Below, piece after piece: positions 38,262 to 47,885 of a DNA stretch of 64,000 nucleotides (within the stretch, counting starts at the first letter, position 1; each line of letters starts with the position of its first letter). The translations under genes and the position numbers were made by a program. Source of the DNA: an uncultured Alphaproteobacteria bacterium (GTDB taxonomy: Bacteria > Pseudomonadota > Alphaproteobacteria > RF32 > CAG-239); the NCBI GenBank assembly GCA_947588655.1, contig CANPYS010000004.1, forward strand, positions 3,947 through 67,946, in the 5' to 3' direction. The notes under the pieces are model-generated. The model worked only from the letters and a program-made list of their open reading frames with translations, made no database searches and was not told the DNA's origin.

Positions 38262-39951
38262 ACTTAAGCTCCTTATAAGTTAATAGAAAATTTCTTGCAG
38301 AATACATTTGGTAAACTTCTGCATATTTTGTTTGAACAAATCCCATCACTTGCATACTGCGATATTCATTTAAGGCCTTAGTCCACCGATCATAATCCCA
38401 ACCATCGCCAATTTGAGATTTATACATTTTCAAAACATCAATCTTCTCGTCTATGACATCTTCAATATCCAGCATACAATTTGGCGATTCCATTGGCGTC
38501 CAAACCTCGTACATCACAATTTTTGCATCTCGTTTAAGATGTTGTTTTTTAGCCATACGTACAAAAACATTGCTTGTAGCGTATTGATGCTCTGGATGAT
38601 GATCTCTAATGTATGGAACAAATATATAATCATACTCCTTAAGGTTGACGGCTTGCAAATAATCTTGCATATGTGAATCTATGCGCTTAAACATAGGCGG
38701 AATATCGTAACCTTCATAAATAAAATGCTTCCTAACGCCAAGCCTTTTCATCACTTTTTCAAACTCAGATATGCGTACATCGCTTCTTTCTTTGGCGGTA
38801 AGCTCACGCGTTGCAACACCTGCTGAATTGAGGCACAGAACGTCAAAATTATGTGCATTTTTCAACAAAAGCCCACCAAGGCCAATAATTTCATCATCTG
38901 GGTGCGGGCAAATGCAAAGACATCTGTCTTCTTTTTTTAAAGAAATATAAGAAAATTCTACAGGTTTATTCCTAATTTTTTTATAAACCATCAAGCCACA
39001 AATTTTATATTTTTTTACGACATAATCACAATATCTGATTCTCTTTCTTTTGTAGAAAAAATTTTTAACCGTTTTTATAAATTTGCGAGCTTTAGTTTTG
39101 GAAAGCCAACTTTTTGCCTTTTTTTCAAAAACAGTACCTTTTGTATAATTATAAAATATTTGCTTCACTTTCGGTAAGGCAATTTCTGAAGACGGCTTTG
39201 CACCGCCTGCCAATTGCCAAATAACAGGGTGTTCCAAGGCTTCAAGTATCATCTGATCTGGAAAAATACCTTTATACGTTTTCAAAAAGTTTTCTTTTGT
39301 TAATCGTTCACCAAAACCTGGATTAATTGAATATCTGGGCGGCAATTCTTTATATTTATTACCATCACAAACCAAATTCAAAACATCCATATCTTGCCAA
39401 TGAAGAATTTTCCCCTTTGCTTTGGCAAGGTTGCGAAATTGTTCAAATTTTTGCTCATCAATATACTTTTCAACATCTACCAACATTAAGCCTGCATAGG
39501 TATATTTATGATTTTTCTTTAATCCAAGTTTTGGAATAAATTCTCTTTCTTCATCACCCCAGCCACACGGAACCAGGCCTAAAGAATTTCCTTCTAAATC
39601 AGTATTATAAAGTTCTGAAAGCGATTCTCGAACAATAATGTCACAATCCGAAAATAAATATTTTCTAATTCCTTTTTTATGCATATAAAGAGGAATATTA
39701 AACCGGTAGTAAGTTATCCTTTCATAAGGAAAATCTATCAATTCACTATGTTTGTCAATTTTCACAAATTCAATATCAAAGCTGTATTTTTCTTTAAGTT
39801 TTAAAATTTCTTTTTTAGATTTATCGGACAAATCCGGACTAAACACAAAAAAACTTAACTTATCGTCCTTATTTTTCGTATCAAGGGTTGAGGCTATTGC
39901 AACATACAAATATATGGCATAATTTTCATCACCAACCAAGGCTATATTCAT
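38245..39951 (-). CDS. GT8 glycosyltransferase fused to PIG-L-family deacetylase
   Basis: N-terminal DENYAIYL...YYRF...DCDIIV...DMDVLN; C-terminal CPHPDDEIIGLGG...DHHPEH...YEVW. Confidence 0.85.
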   Translation of the reverse strand: MNIALVGDENYAIYLYVAIASTLDTKNKDDKLSFFVFSPDLSDKSKKEILKLKEKYSFDIEFVKIDKHSELIDFPYERITYYRFNIPLYMHKKGIRKYLFSDCDIIVRESLSELYNTDLEGNSLGLVPCGWGDEEREFIPKLGLKKNHKYTYAGLMLVDVEKYIDEQKFEQFRNLAKAKGKILHWQDMDVLNLVCDGNKYKELPPRYSINPGFGERLTKENFLKTYKGIFPDQMILEALEHPVIWQLAGGAKPSSEIALPKVKQIFYNYTKGTVFEKKAKSWLSKTKARKFIKTVKNFFYKRKRIRYCDYVVKKYKICGLMVYKKIRNKPVEFSYISLKKEDRCLCICPHPDDEIIGLGGLLLKNAHNFDVLCLNSAGVATRELTAKERSDVRISEFEKVMKRLGVRKHFIYEGYDIPPMFKRIDSHMQDYLQAVNLKEYDYIFVPYIRDHHPEHQYATSNVFVRMAKKQHLKRDAKIVMYEVWTPMESPNCMLDIEDVIDEKIDVLKMYKSQIGDGWDYDRWTKALNEYRSMQVMGFVQTKYAEVYQMYSARNFLLTYKELKYGQAY

Positions 39952-40077
39952 TTATAAGTCTCCTAAAGTTTGACTATTAGTTTTTCAAACAGAACCGAAA
40001 ATTATCAGCATATTTAGTCATCCCCAAAATGCCCTTTTATCCACAGAAACCAAAACTTTCCACGCATTTCCCGGTAC

Positions 40078-40188
40078 TTGCAAAAAAACGTACCTTTTTT
40101 TTCAATATTTTTTAAGTTTTCAACAGCTTGAATTCTCTTGAGTTTTTTTCTTGATTTATTATGAAAAAAAAGGTACGTTTTTTTGCAA
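40078..40188. promoter_or_regulatory. Inverted-repeat-flanked promoter, candidate invertible element 2
   Basis: 27-bp perfect IR (40078-40104 / 40162-40188) with 57-bp spacer; TTGATT (40151-40156) lies 17 bp from TACGTT (40174-40179); sits between divergent genes. Confidence 0.6.
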
Positions 40189-40207
40189 CATTGCAGGAGA
40201 AAACTGA

Positions 40208-42098
40208 ATGAATAATCTGAAACCAACCGACAAAATAAAACTTGTAATTTTTGATTTAGATGAAACATTTTGGAACGGTGTTTTAAGCTCTGAAGAAAGT
40301 ATTCAGCCAAAACCCTCTGCCATCAAGCTTGTTAAAACCTTGGTAGATAATGGCATTATGTGTTCAATTTCTTCAAAAAACGACTTTGAAACGGCTAAAA
40401 AGAAATTGATTGAACTCAAAGTTTGGGATAATTTTATCTTTCCTAGTATCAACTGGAACCCCAAAGGCGCACAAATTGCGAAGCTCATTAAAGATGCTCA
40501 TTTACGCGATGAAAATGTGCTTTTTATAGACGATAATCCTTCTAACTTGGCTGAAGCTCAATATTATTGCCCAAGTATTAAAATTGCTACGCCGGATATT
40601 TTTGAAAATATGCTTAAACTGCCTGCAATCCAAGGGGGGGGGGAAGAACGACAAAGATCATACACGCTTAAAGCAGTATAAAATTCTTGAAACAAAACAG
40701 GCAGAAGCCCAAAAATATAATGATAATACCGAATTTTTAAAAGCATCTCAAATCAAAGTAACTTTTTCTGATGTTTCAGATGATAAAATTGAACGAACGA
40801 TAGAACTCATTTTAAGAACAAATCAACTTAATTTTACCAAAAAAAGAATTGATAATACAAAGTTAAAATCTTTACTCAAAAATCAAAATTATGAAAATAA
40901 ATTGATAAACGTTAGCGATAAATATGGCGATTACGGTATTTGTGGCTATTATTGCCTGAATAAAAAAAACAAGACCTTAGAACATTTTATTTTTTCATGC
41001 CGCATTATGAACTTAAAGGTTGAGCAATTTATTTATGCCAAATTAAATTTTCCAAAAATAAAAATTGTTGAACCCGTATCAACCCAATTAAATAATTATG
41101 AACGACCTGATTTTATTAATAAAGATTACAACCTAAAAACAAAGAACAACAAAAAGATAAAAACAAAAGTTTTGCTCTTGGGAAACTGTGATATGCAGTC
41201 AATTTCACATTATGCGACAGGAACGGCAAATAATATAGAGGTAGATTTTTATGTTGATATTAATCCCGAAACACACATGCAAATCCGATATGACAGTGTA
41301 TGGAAAATGAAAAATGCGCTCTCTCTTTCTGATAAACAAAAAGATTCTCTTATAAAAACACACAAGTGGATTTGTGCAAAATCGTTTGAAAATAGGGCAT
41401 TTAAAGACAATTATGATATATTAGCCTTTTCAGTTTTAAATGACTATATGGTGCCAACATATCAGGATAAGCTATCACATATTATACTGACACCAACGAC
41501 GAGCTATAAATATAATATATTTACGGCACCTGTAGATATCATTTTAAAATTATTCAAAGAAAATAATATTATTAATTTTTCTAAATCTGATGTCCTAAAG
41601 ATGCAAAGAAATTTAATAAATGAGCGGTTTATGACAGAAAAAGAGTTTGAAAAAAACTTAAATTGGTTAGTTGAGCATGTTCATAAGCCCATCATATTTC
41701 TTAATGGACCGGAAGTTTTAAGACCAAATGATGATGTTGCATGCTATAAAAGATTTGTAAAATATAACAAAATCTTAGATAAATTTGTTAACACGCATGA
41801 AAATTGCTTTCTTGTTGATGTTAGAAAATATGTTAAAGAGCCTTCAGATACAACCGATGTCGTGACGCACTACCACAGAGAAACATACATCAAACTAGCT
41901 GAAGATTTGCTCACAATTATAAATAACAATCACAATAAGGTAAAATACTTACTTAAAATTAAGTTAATGAAACTTAAATTAGCTGGGTATATCAAGAATA
42001 TTTCCAAATTACGCAAAAAAATATGCCAGTTCAGATTTGGACATAAAGAAAAATACCTGATTTTATTCGGTAAAACAATATTTAAAGCAGATAAATAA
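40208..42098 (+). CDS. FkbH-like HAD-IIIC protein with GNAT domain, frameshifted at G10; ~629 aa if rejoined
   Basis: FDLDETFWNG, SISSKND, INWNPK, FIDDNP, RTNQLNF, DKYGDYG, SCRIM. G9 gives PAIQGGGKNDKDHTRLKQYK. Confidence 0.88.
40634..40643 (+). repeat. G10 tract, out of frame (G9 restores)
   Basis: caaGGGGGGGGGGaag. Confidence 0.9.
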
Positions 42099-42109
42099 GT
42101 AAAAAATAT

Positions 42110-43375
42110 TTATTTTAAAATACTTTTTAAACTTTGCGCTGTTTTTTTAAAAGTATATTTTTTAAGAATATCACGATTATTTCTTGCAGTCTGTGCTTGA
42201 AGTTCCCGCCATATAATTGATGCCAGTTCTTTAACAGAACAATCCGTAGGAACTGAAACCCCTGCTTTTTTATAATAAGGCTCAAATAAATTTTCTGCCG
42301 CAATAAAATTCTTATTTAAGGTTACAAGTTCTGAAATACATCCTGAACCTTCTCCTATTGAAAATTTACGAAGTTGTACAGATAAATCCATTGAATACAT
42401 GTATGATAACAACTTATCATAACTAGCATTTTCTATGATACGCACATTTGTTAAGTCAAACTTAGACACATAATCTTTTACAGAAAGCCCTACTAACCAT
42501 AATACAACCTTATTTCCTTGTAAATTTAAAAGATTCACTGCATTTATAATTTTATCCGTTTGTTTCATATCTGAAGCAATGCCAAAAGATCCCACATTAT
42601 AAGCCTTATTTTCAAAAATAATTTTCTGTGGCAAAGGAGAAATTTCATCAAAGCCCATTGGTAAAAGAGAAACTTTAACTTCTTTTTCAAAGCAGGATCC
42701 TTTTAAATCCTTTAACAATAAGTCTCTTCCTGTTTTTCTATATACAATAAAGTGCTTAATACCAGTTAAACCAACCAAAACACGTATACCACAAATATAT
42801 TCTTTCTGCAAAGTTCCTAAAAAATCTGAATATAAATCATTTTCTTGAATATCATGTTTTTCAGGATAATATTTTTGAATCATATCAATGAAATTAATAT
42901 GATTTTTTTGACACCACGACACAAGCAAGCCACATATTTGTGTTTCACATAAAGAAATATACCTTTGCGGCAACCCTTTTGTTTTAATACCATATTCTAA
43001 ATAAGGGACATGAAAACCAGAATTACCTAAATTTAAAATGCTATATTTGTAATTTCTTTTCATTTTTTCAAAAAAGAATAACGGTACAATATGATTGTTA
43101 TATTTTATATCAACACATTCTAAAGTTTTAATATAATTGTCTTGCGTATAAATTTCAGAAACAAAATCAAGCTCTTCAAGCAAAGATGAATATGTTTTAA
43201 TGGCATATAATCCTGTACCTGTCGGAGCTGGTGGTAAAGGTGTAAAAAAGCCTATTTTATACTCAATGTTCTGAAAAAATATATTATTTCTTTTAAGAAA
43301 TTTACAAAGCTTTAATTTATTTTTAAATACAATTAAACTTTTAATAACTTTTTTTGCATCTTTTTTTAAGCCCAT
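42110..43375 (-). CDS. GT-B (GT4-like) glycosyltransferase
   Basis: FFTPLPPAPTGTGLY, LNLGNSGFH, GSFGI...KQ, VQLR...GEGSG. Confidence 0.7.
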   Translation of the reverse strand: MGLKKDAKKVIKSLIVFKNKLKLCKFLKRNNIFFQNIEYKIGFFTPLPPAPTGTGLYAIKTYSSLLEELDFVSEIYTQDNYIKTLECVDIKYNNHIVPLFFFEKMKRNYKYSILNLGNSGFHVPYLEYGIKTKGLPQRYISLCETQICGLLVSWCQKNHINFIDMIQKYYPEKHDIQENDLYSDFLGTLQKEYICGIRVLVGLTGIKHFIVYRKTGRDLLLKDLKGSCFEKEVKVSLLPMGFDEISPLPQKIIFENKAYNVGSFGIASDMKQTDKIINAVNLLNLQGNKVVLWLVGLSVKDYVSKFDLTNVRIIENASYDKLLSYMYSMDLSVQLRKFSIGEGSGCISELVTLNKNFIAAENLFEPYYKKAGVSVPTDCSVKELASIIWRELQAQTARNNRDILKKYTFKKTAQSLKSILK

Positions 43376-43436
43376 AACAACATCTCCTGTTGTTTGGTTG
43401 CTGAAAAAATGCTCCCAAAAACAATATGCAAAAACA

Positions 43437-43465
43437 CCCTAAAATTTATTTTATAAATTTTAGGG
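43437..43465. terminator. 13-bp-stem AT-rich hairpin (terminator or operator)
   Basis: ccctaaaatttat-ttt-ataaattttaggg in an intergenic gap. Confidence 0.4.
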
Positions 43466-43517
43466 CTTAAATTAAGATGATAACAGAGATGACAAGCTTT
43501 ACCTGCCGCGGAAAATA

Positions 43518-44783
43518 CTAATAGGGGGGGGTAATCAGTTGATCATTATGAACATATTGTTCAAAAACCTTCATATAAGCATCAGCTGTTTCTCTTGTAT
43601 CATGAACCTTTCCAAATGCCTCTAAAGAAACTTTGGCATTATTTTCTGCCAATTTCGGATCATCTAACAAACGAAGCATAGCCGCGGCGATATCTTCAGA
43701 ATTTTTAGGATTACAAAACTCTGTCTTTACGCCCAAAGTTTCAACCTGCTCTCTATATGATGGAATATCAGAGATCACAGTTGGCACACCAAGTGACCAA
43801 GCATCCAAACCCGAGCCACAACCCGCTTCACACAACGAAACATTGAGCACTATTTTAGCTTTGAGCAATAAAACATTCAGTTCATCATCAGAAACAAGGC
43901 CCAAACTTTTTATATCATAATCTTCACCTTCCCCAACATGATCAGCATAAAAAGGAGTATTCATTTGTACGCAAATTCCTTCTGTTCCATAACCGACAAT
44001 AATCATCTTTAGTGTAGGATATTTTTGTTTAACCAAATAATATGCCGTTAAAGCTTCCTCCATATTTTTATGGTGCATATTATTTGTTGCTAATAAAACA
44101 TAATCGTAAAAAATGCCATATTTTTTCAAAACATCATTACATTTTATTTCATCTAATTGACCCATATTACTTTCTGTAATTACCTGAATTTTATGAATTT
44201 TTCCTGCATAACCCGGATAAGTTTTTCTCAATTCCTCCGCAATATAATTTGATGTCACACACGGGACATATCCATAATCCAAAAATTCAGCAATATCTTT
44301 CTTAGTCTTTTCAAAAAAATCACGATTATAATTATTTCCACAATGCAAACCGAAAAAGTGTGTAAAAATGAAATCATGTGGTATAAAAAAACACTTAGTA
44401 CCAAAATTAAATGCTTTTGACCCGAAGCACCATGCATCAAAAACAGCATCATTTGATGAAATTTTTTTAATTAATTTTTTAGAAATAAAATATCCATTAA
44501 TTCTTCTAATCCAGTACATAAAACTATCAATAAGCCCGATATTTGTAATTCTTTTCTTTTTAGGCTTAAATAAACCTTCACAATCAACCAACTGTAAACC
44601 CATAGAAGAAAATCTAGCTAATGTATCACGGGGCAATGTCCCACTTGACTTATAAAAAACCTTAATTTCCGTTTTGGGATAATATTTCTTTATTGAGCCG
44701 AAAACACTACCAACCCATCGCCAAGAACCAACGGAACCATTACAATGAAGCACTGCAATTTTCATCAATTTTACTCCATACAA
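43518..44783 (-). CDS. GT4 glycosyltransferase
   Basis: HDFIF, ATNNMHHKN, SLCEAGCGSGLDAWSLGVPTVISDIP. Confidence 0.8.
   Translation of the reverse strand: MYGVKLMKIAVLHCNGSVGSWRWVGSVFGSIKKYYPKTEIKVFYKSSGTLPRDTLARFSSMGLQLVDCEGLFKPKKKRITNIGLIDSFMYWIRRINGYFISKKLIKKISSNDAVFDAWCFGSKAFNFGTKCFFIPHDFIFTHFFGLHCGNNYNRDFFEKTKKDIAEFLDYGYVPCVTSNYIAEELRKTYPGYAGKIHKIQVITESNMGQLDEIKCNDVLKKYGIFYDYVLLATNNMHHKNMEEALTAYYLVKQKYPTLKMIIVGYGTEGICVQMNTPFYADHVGEGEDYDIKSLGLVSDDELNVLLLKAKIVLNVSLCEAGCGSGLDAWSLGVPTVISDIPSYREQVETLGVKTEFCNPKNSEDIAAAMLRLLDDPKLAENNAKVSLEAFGKVHDTRETADAYMKVFEQYVHNDQLITPPY
43524..43531 (-). repeat. C8 (sense) tract in last codons of GT4
   Basis: + strand ataGGGGGGGGtaat; encodes TPP just before the stop. 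Confidence 0.8.
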
Positions 44784-44855
44784 AAAGCATTATTAGCAAT
44801 AATGTATTGGATTGCAATCAATTTGTACACAAATTTTTAACCAATATTCACACGC

Positions 44856-45477
44856 TTATTTGATTTTACGCACGGGGACGCCCACATAAACGCCTGACTC
44901 TTCCACATTGTTAATAACAACCCCTCCTGAGCCAATGGTAACATTTGCACAAATACTAACGCTATCTTTAATTGTTACACCTGCACCAACAAACGCATCA
45001 TGACCAATCATTGTTCTTCCGCATACTGTAGAATTAGGAGCAAGATGACAAAACTCCCCTATTTTAACCTCATGTTCAACAACAGCGTTTGTATTAATAA
45101 TACTGCCCTTCCCCACATGGACAAAGGGTCCAATGTAAGCTCCATCACCAATAAAGCAACCACTTTCTATTACAGCATTTTTAAATACATTGGCTCTAGC
45201 AGATATAACAGAAACAAGTTTTTTCTTAGAAGAAATCTGACGCCTTTTAGCATTATCACCAATCGCCACAAATATATTTTGAGCATCTTGAGGAAGTGTT
45301 CTAACGACCGGAAAATTAAAAATTCGCTCATTATCTTGAGCATTTTCATCTACAAATATAATTTTTGCATCAGGAAAGTTTTGCAACACAACAGAAGCGA
45401 CACTTCGGGCATGGCCTCCACAACCAATAATAATTAATTTACCCCCCCCCGAAATTAAAATTTATTTTGTTTTCCAT
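44856..45477 (-). CDS. NeuD/PglD-family acetyltransferase, frameshifted at G9; ~206 aa if rejoined
   Basis: AGGAG RBS; ATG at 45477 reads MENKINFNFGGG-stop. G8 gives FGGGKLIIIGCGGHARSV..., continuing into hexapeptide repeats (INTNAVVEHEV). Confidence 0.88.
45442..45450 (-). repeat. G9 tract, out of frame (G8/G11 restores)
   Basis: tttaCCCCCCCCCgaa. Confidence 0.9.
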
Positions 45478-45527
45478 CAAAAACTCCTAAAATCAAGACA
45501 TTAAAACATTTTTAAGCAACCATAATG

Positions 45528-45556
45528 AATTTACAATTCAACTAGAATAAAGTCAA
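45528..45556 (-). promoter_or_regulatory. Possible internal sigma70 promoter
   Basis: Minus strand TTGACT-17 bp-TAAATT upstream of ATG 45477. Confidence 0.4.
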
Positions 45557-45567
45557 TCTTTTTTAAC

Positions 45568-46746
45568 TCAAAATGCCCTTATAATTCTTGACAATTCTCT
45601 CAGAAGGTCATGGCCGTCCCAAACAATATCAATATTCATCGCCTGTCCAACCGGAACAATCCGATCAATACCGCGGACATGGCAAGCCATAAACTTTGAG
45701 CGCAATGCCTGAGCATCAACGCCAAAATATGTTAATGTCTGATATTTTTCCGTCATCACATCAACAAGTTCTGAAATATCTTTAAGGGCATATTCATAGA
45801 AAAAGCCACCCTTACCCCGATGAAAAACAATTTCAGGATTAAGGCTTTTCAACTCTGCCCGATACAACAAATTATCATACCGTGCAATTTGTAAAATATT
45901 TTCATTTGAAATACTTTCTTCGCACAATAAAGTATATTTATCAACAGCAACGGCGTCTTGCAGAGAATATTTTTGCATTGCCACGTCATAAACCGCATGC
46001 CAGAAAATTTCTCTTGCTTTTGGGTTATCATTTTCCCATAAAATCAGCTGTGGCGAAGAGCAAGCATTTTGATCCATCAAATATGTATCATTATAAAAGT
46101 TTTCAGCCAATTTTTTGAGCTCTGTCGCTGAGGCGGCAAGAACAGACTTAGCAGAAATCAGCGCCAACGAATATCTATCCGCAAAGCTAACATCCACGCA
46201 ATGCGGCAATGCCGGCATAGCCTTAACCAGCGCAATCGTTTCATCGCCGCCCCAAATCATACGGACATCGGCCTTTTTAGAAAACGCTGCCGTTATCTCA
46301 TTATCGCGCGGATAACGCACAAATGCCGTTCGTTTCCCAATTTCCGGATATTTTGCAACAACTTTTTTGAATACTTCGCAAAAAGTATCAATTTGCGGGA
46401 AGAGCTTACTCGGAAGCCGAACAATATTAGCATTGCCGGCAAGCAATGAAAACAGATAAGAAAACGCAAAATTAATCGGGATATTTGACGGAGCAATATG
46501 AAAGCACAACCCACGTCCGATACGTTCATTTATATCTGAATAAAGGTTTTTCATCTTTTGCAAATTCGCCTTTCTGCTCCAAAATGCCAAAGCCGACAAA
46601 TCAGACATTGTGCGGAGCATGGGGGGGGGTAATTGAAGCAAAGCAGAAGACAATTCGGACACAAAAGCACAAACATTTTCATCAAATGGTTGCATGGGCG
46701 AAGAGTCAATGTTTTCAGAGCCAAAAATAAAATTAACGTTTTTCAT
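45568..46746 (-). CDS. LuxC-like acyl-CoA reductase, C9 in frame
   Basis: GRGLCFHIAPSNIPINF, LLAGNANIVRLPS, WGGDET, DQNACSSPQ; start MKNVN overlaps the luxE-like stop. Confidence 0.88.
   Translation of the reverse strand: MKNVNFIFGSENIDSSPMQPFDENVCAFVSELSSALLQLPPPMLRTMSDLSALAFWSRKANLQKMKNLYSDINERIGRGLCFHIAPSNIPINFAFSYLFSLLAGNANIVRLPSKLFPQIDTFCEVFKKVVAKYPEIGKRTAFVRYPRDNEITAAFSKKADVRMIWGGDETIALVKAMPALPHCVDVSFADRYSLALISAKSVLAASATELKKLAENFYNDTYLMDQNACSSPQLILWENDNPKAREIFWHAVYDVAMQKYSLQDAVAVDKYTLLCEESISNENILQIARYDNLLYRAELKSLNPEIVFHRGKGGFFYEYALKDISELVDVMTEKYQTLTYFGVDAQALRSKFMACHVRGIDRIVPVGQAMNIDIVWDGHDLLRELSRIIRAF
46621..46629 (-). repeat. C9 (sense) tract, in frame (LPPPM)
   Basis: + strand catGGGGGGGGGtaa. 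Confidence 0.9.
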
Positions 46747-47809
46747 AGGTATCACTACACCCCCTGATTTCTGCATTTTTAATCCGTCCAAAAATCTTAA
46801 AATACTTTCCTTTTCTGCCGCAAGGACAATCATCAACACCCAACACAGCACCTTCATCTTCGGTTAAAATAAGATGCCCTGGGTAACTTGTCGGCAAAAC
46901 GGAAGCCACCTCAATAAGCCCCCTTTCGCCAATCGCCGCCTCAGAAAAATCTTTGGAACGACGGATAATGACATCGGAATAATTAGAGCAATGCATATGC
47001 CCGTGCTCACATTCCACAAAAACCGAGCCAAGTTGTTCAACCATGCCGTAATAGTTATAAACTTTCACATTGCCCAAAACACCTTGCACTCGTCGATTAA
47101 ACTCTAAAGCGTCAACAGCCTGATCTTTTAATTTTTTCCAGCCACCAATATGAAACAACACAGCGTTTTGAGCATTAAATTTAAGGCCTTTTTCTTCCAA
47201 AACACGCACAATAAACTGCCAAATCATATATGTGTAGCCAAACATTAAAACCGGCTCATTGTGGTATTTTTCAAAAAATTGCACCACTTTATCAACATCA
47301 ATATTCATCTCATTATCAAGCGCATAAGTACTGTCACGCCCGAAAATAGAAAATCCGATAATCCCCGCGCCCCTTGCCGAGTACATTGTGCGATCTTTTT
47401 TAATGAGTTCTGTATCAAGCAAAAGTAACGGCAGACGCTGTTTCCCGATAAAAGAGGAAACAATTTCATTTAAGGTTTTCGTCTGATTTTTCACATTATT
47501 TGCATCTAAAAAAATCTTGGAAACCGCCTGTCCTGATGTACCTGAAGACGTCAGCGTTTTAACAATTTTTTCCTTTTCCACCGAGCGAAGTTCATAATTT
47601 TTAAACAATCTGGCGGGAATAAACGGCAAATCAGAAACAGATTTAATTTTTGAGGGTTGAAAACAAAGTTTATCTAAAATTTTTTTATATTCCGGACATT
47701 TTTCATAATGATAACAAGTTAAATCAAGCAGATTATCTTTAAGCGCTTTTTCTTTTGCCTGACAATCTAAGCTATACGGATTTAAATTAAAAAATTCTTC
47801 AAGTGTCAT
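46733..47809 (-). CDS. LuxE-like acyl-protein synthetase
   Basis: LTSSGTSG, GGWK, YYGMVE, YPGHLILTEDEG, CPCGRKG...GRIKNAEIRGCS. Confidence 0.9.
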   Translation of the reverse strand: MTLEEFFNLNPYSLDCQAKEKALKDNLLDLTCYHYEKCPEYKKILDKLCFQPSKIKSVSDLPFIPARLFKNYELRSVEKEKIVKTLTSSGTSGQAVSKIFLDANNVKNQTKTLNEIVSSFIGKQRLPLLLLDTELIKKDRTMYSARGAGIIGFSIFGRDSTYALDNEMNIDVDKVVQFFEKYHNEPVLMFGYTYMIWQFIVRVLEEKGLKFNAQNAVLFHIGGWKKLKDQAVDALEFNRRVQGVLGNVKVYNYYGMVEQLGSVFVECEHGHMHCSNYSDVIIRRSKDFSEAAIGERGLIEVASVLPTSYPGHLILTEDEGAVLGVDDCPCGRKGKYFKIFGRIKNAEIRGCSDTYEKR

Positions 47810-47885
47810 AAGTTACCTCTTTTAAAAAGATGTCTTTAATTCCTAGAACAAAAGCTTATAGGCAATATTTAAAATTTCATCAAAA

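Noticed and set aside
40014-40310. 98-aa minus-strand ORF spanning the IR element
   Set aside because: Low-complexity translation across intergenic DNA and antisense to the FkbH-like start; no recombinase motifs.
43524-43531. C8 at the GT4 3' end as a functional switch
   Set aside because: Both shifted frames stop within 8-18 codons, before the downstream hairpin and gene, so only the last residues change.
45568-47809. luxC/luxE as a bioluminescence operon
   Set aside because: No luxA, luxB or luxD; context is polysaccharide acyl modification.
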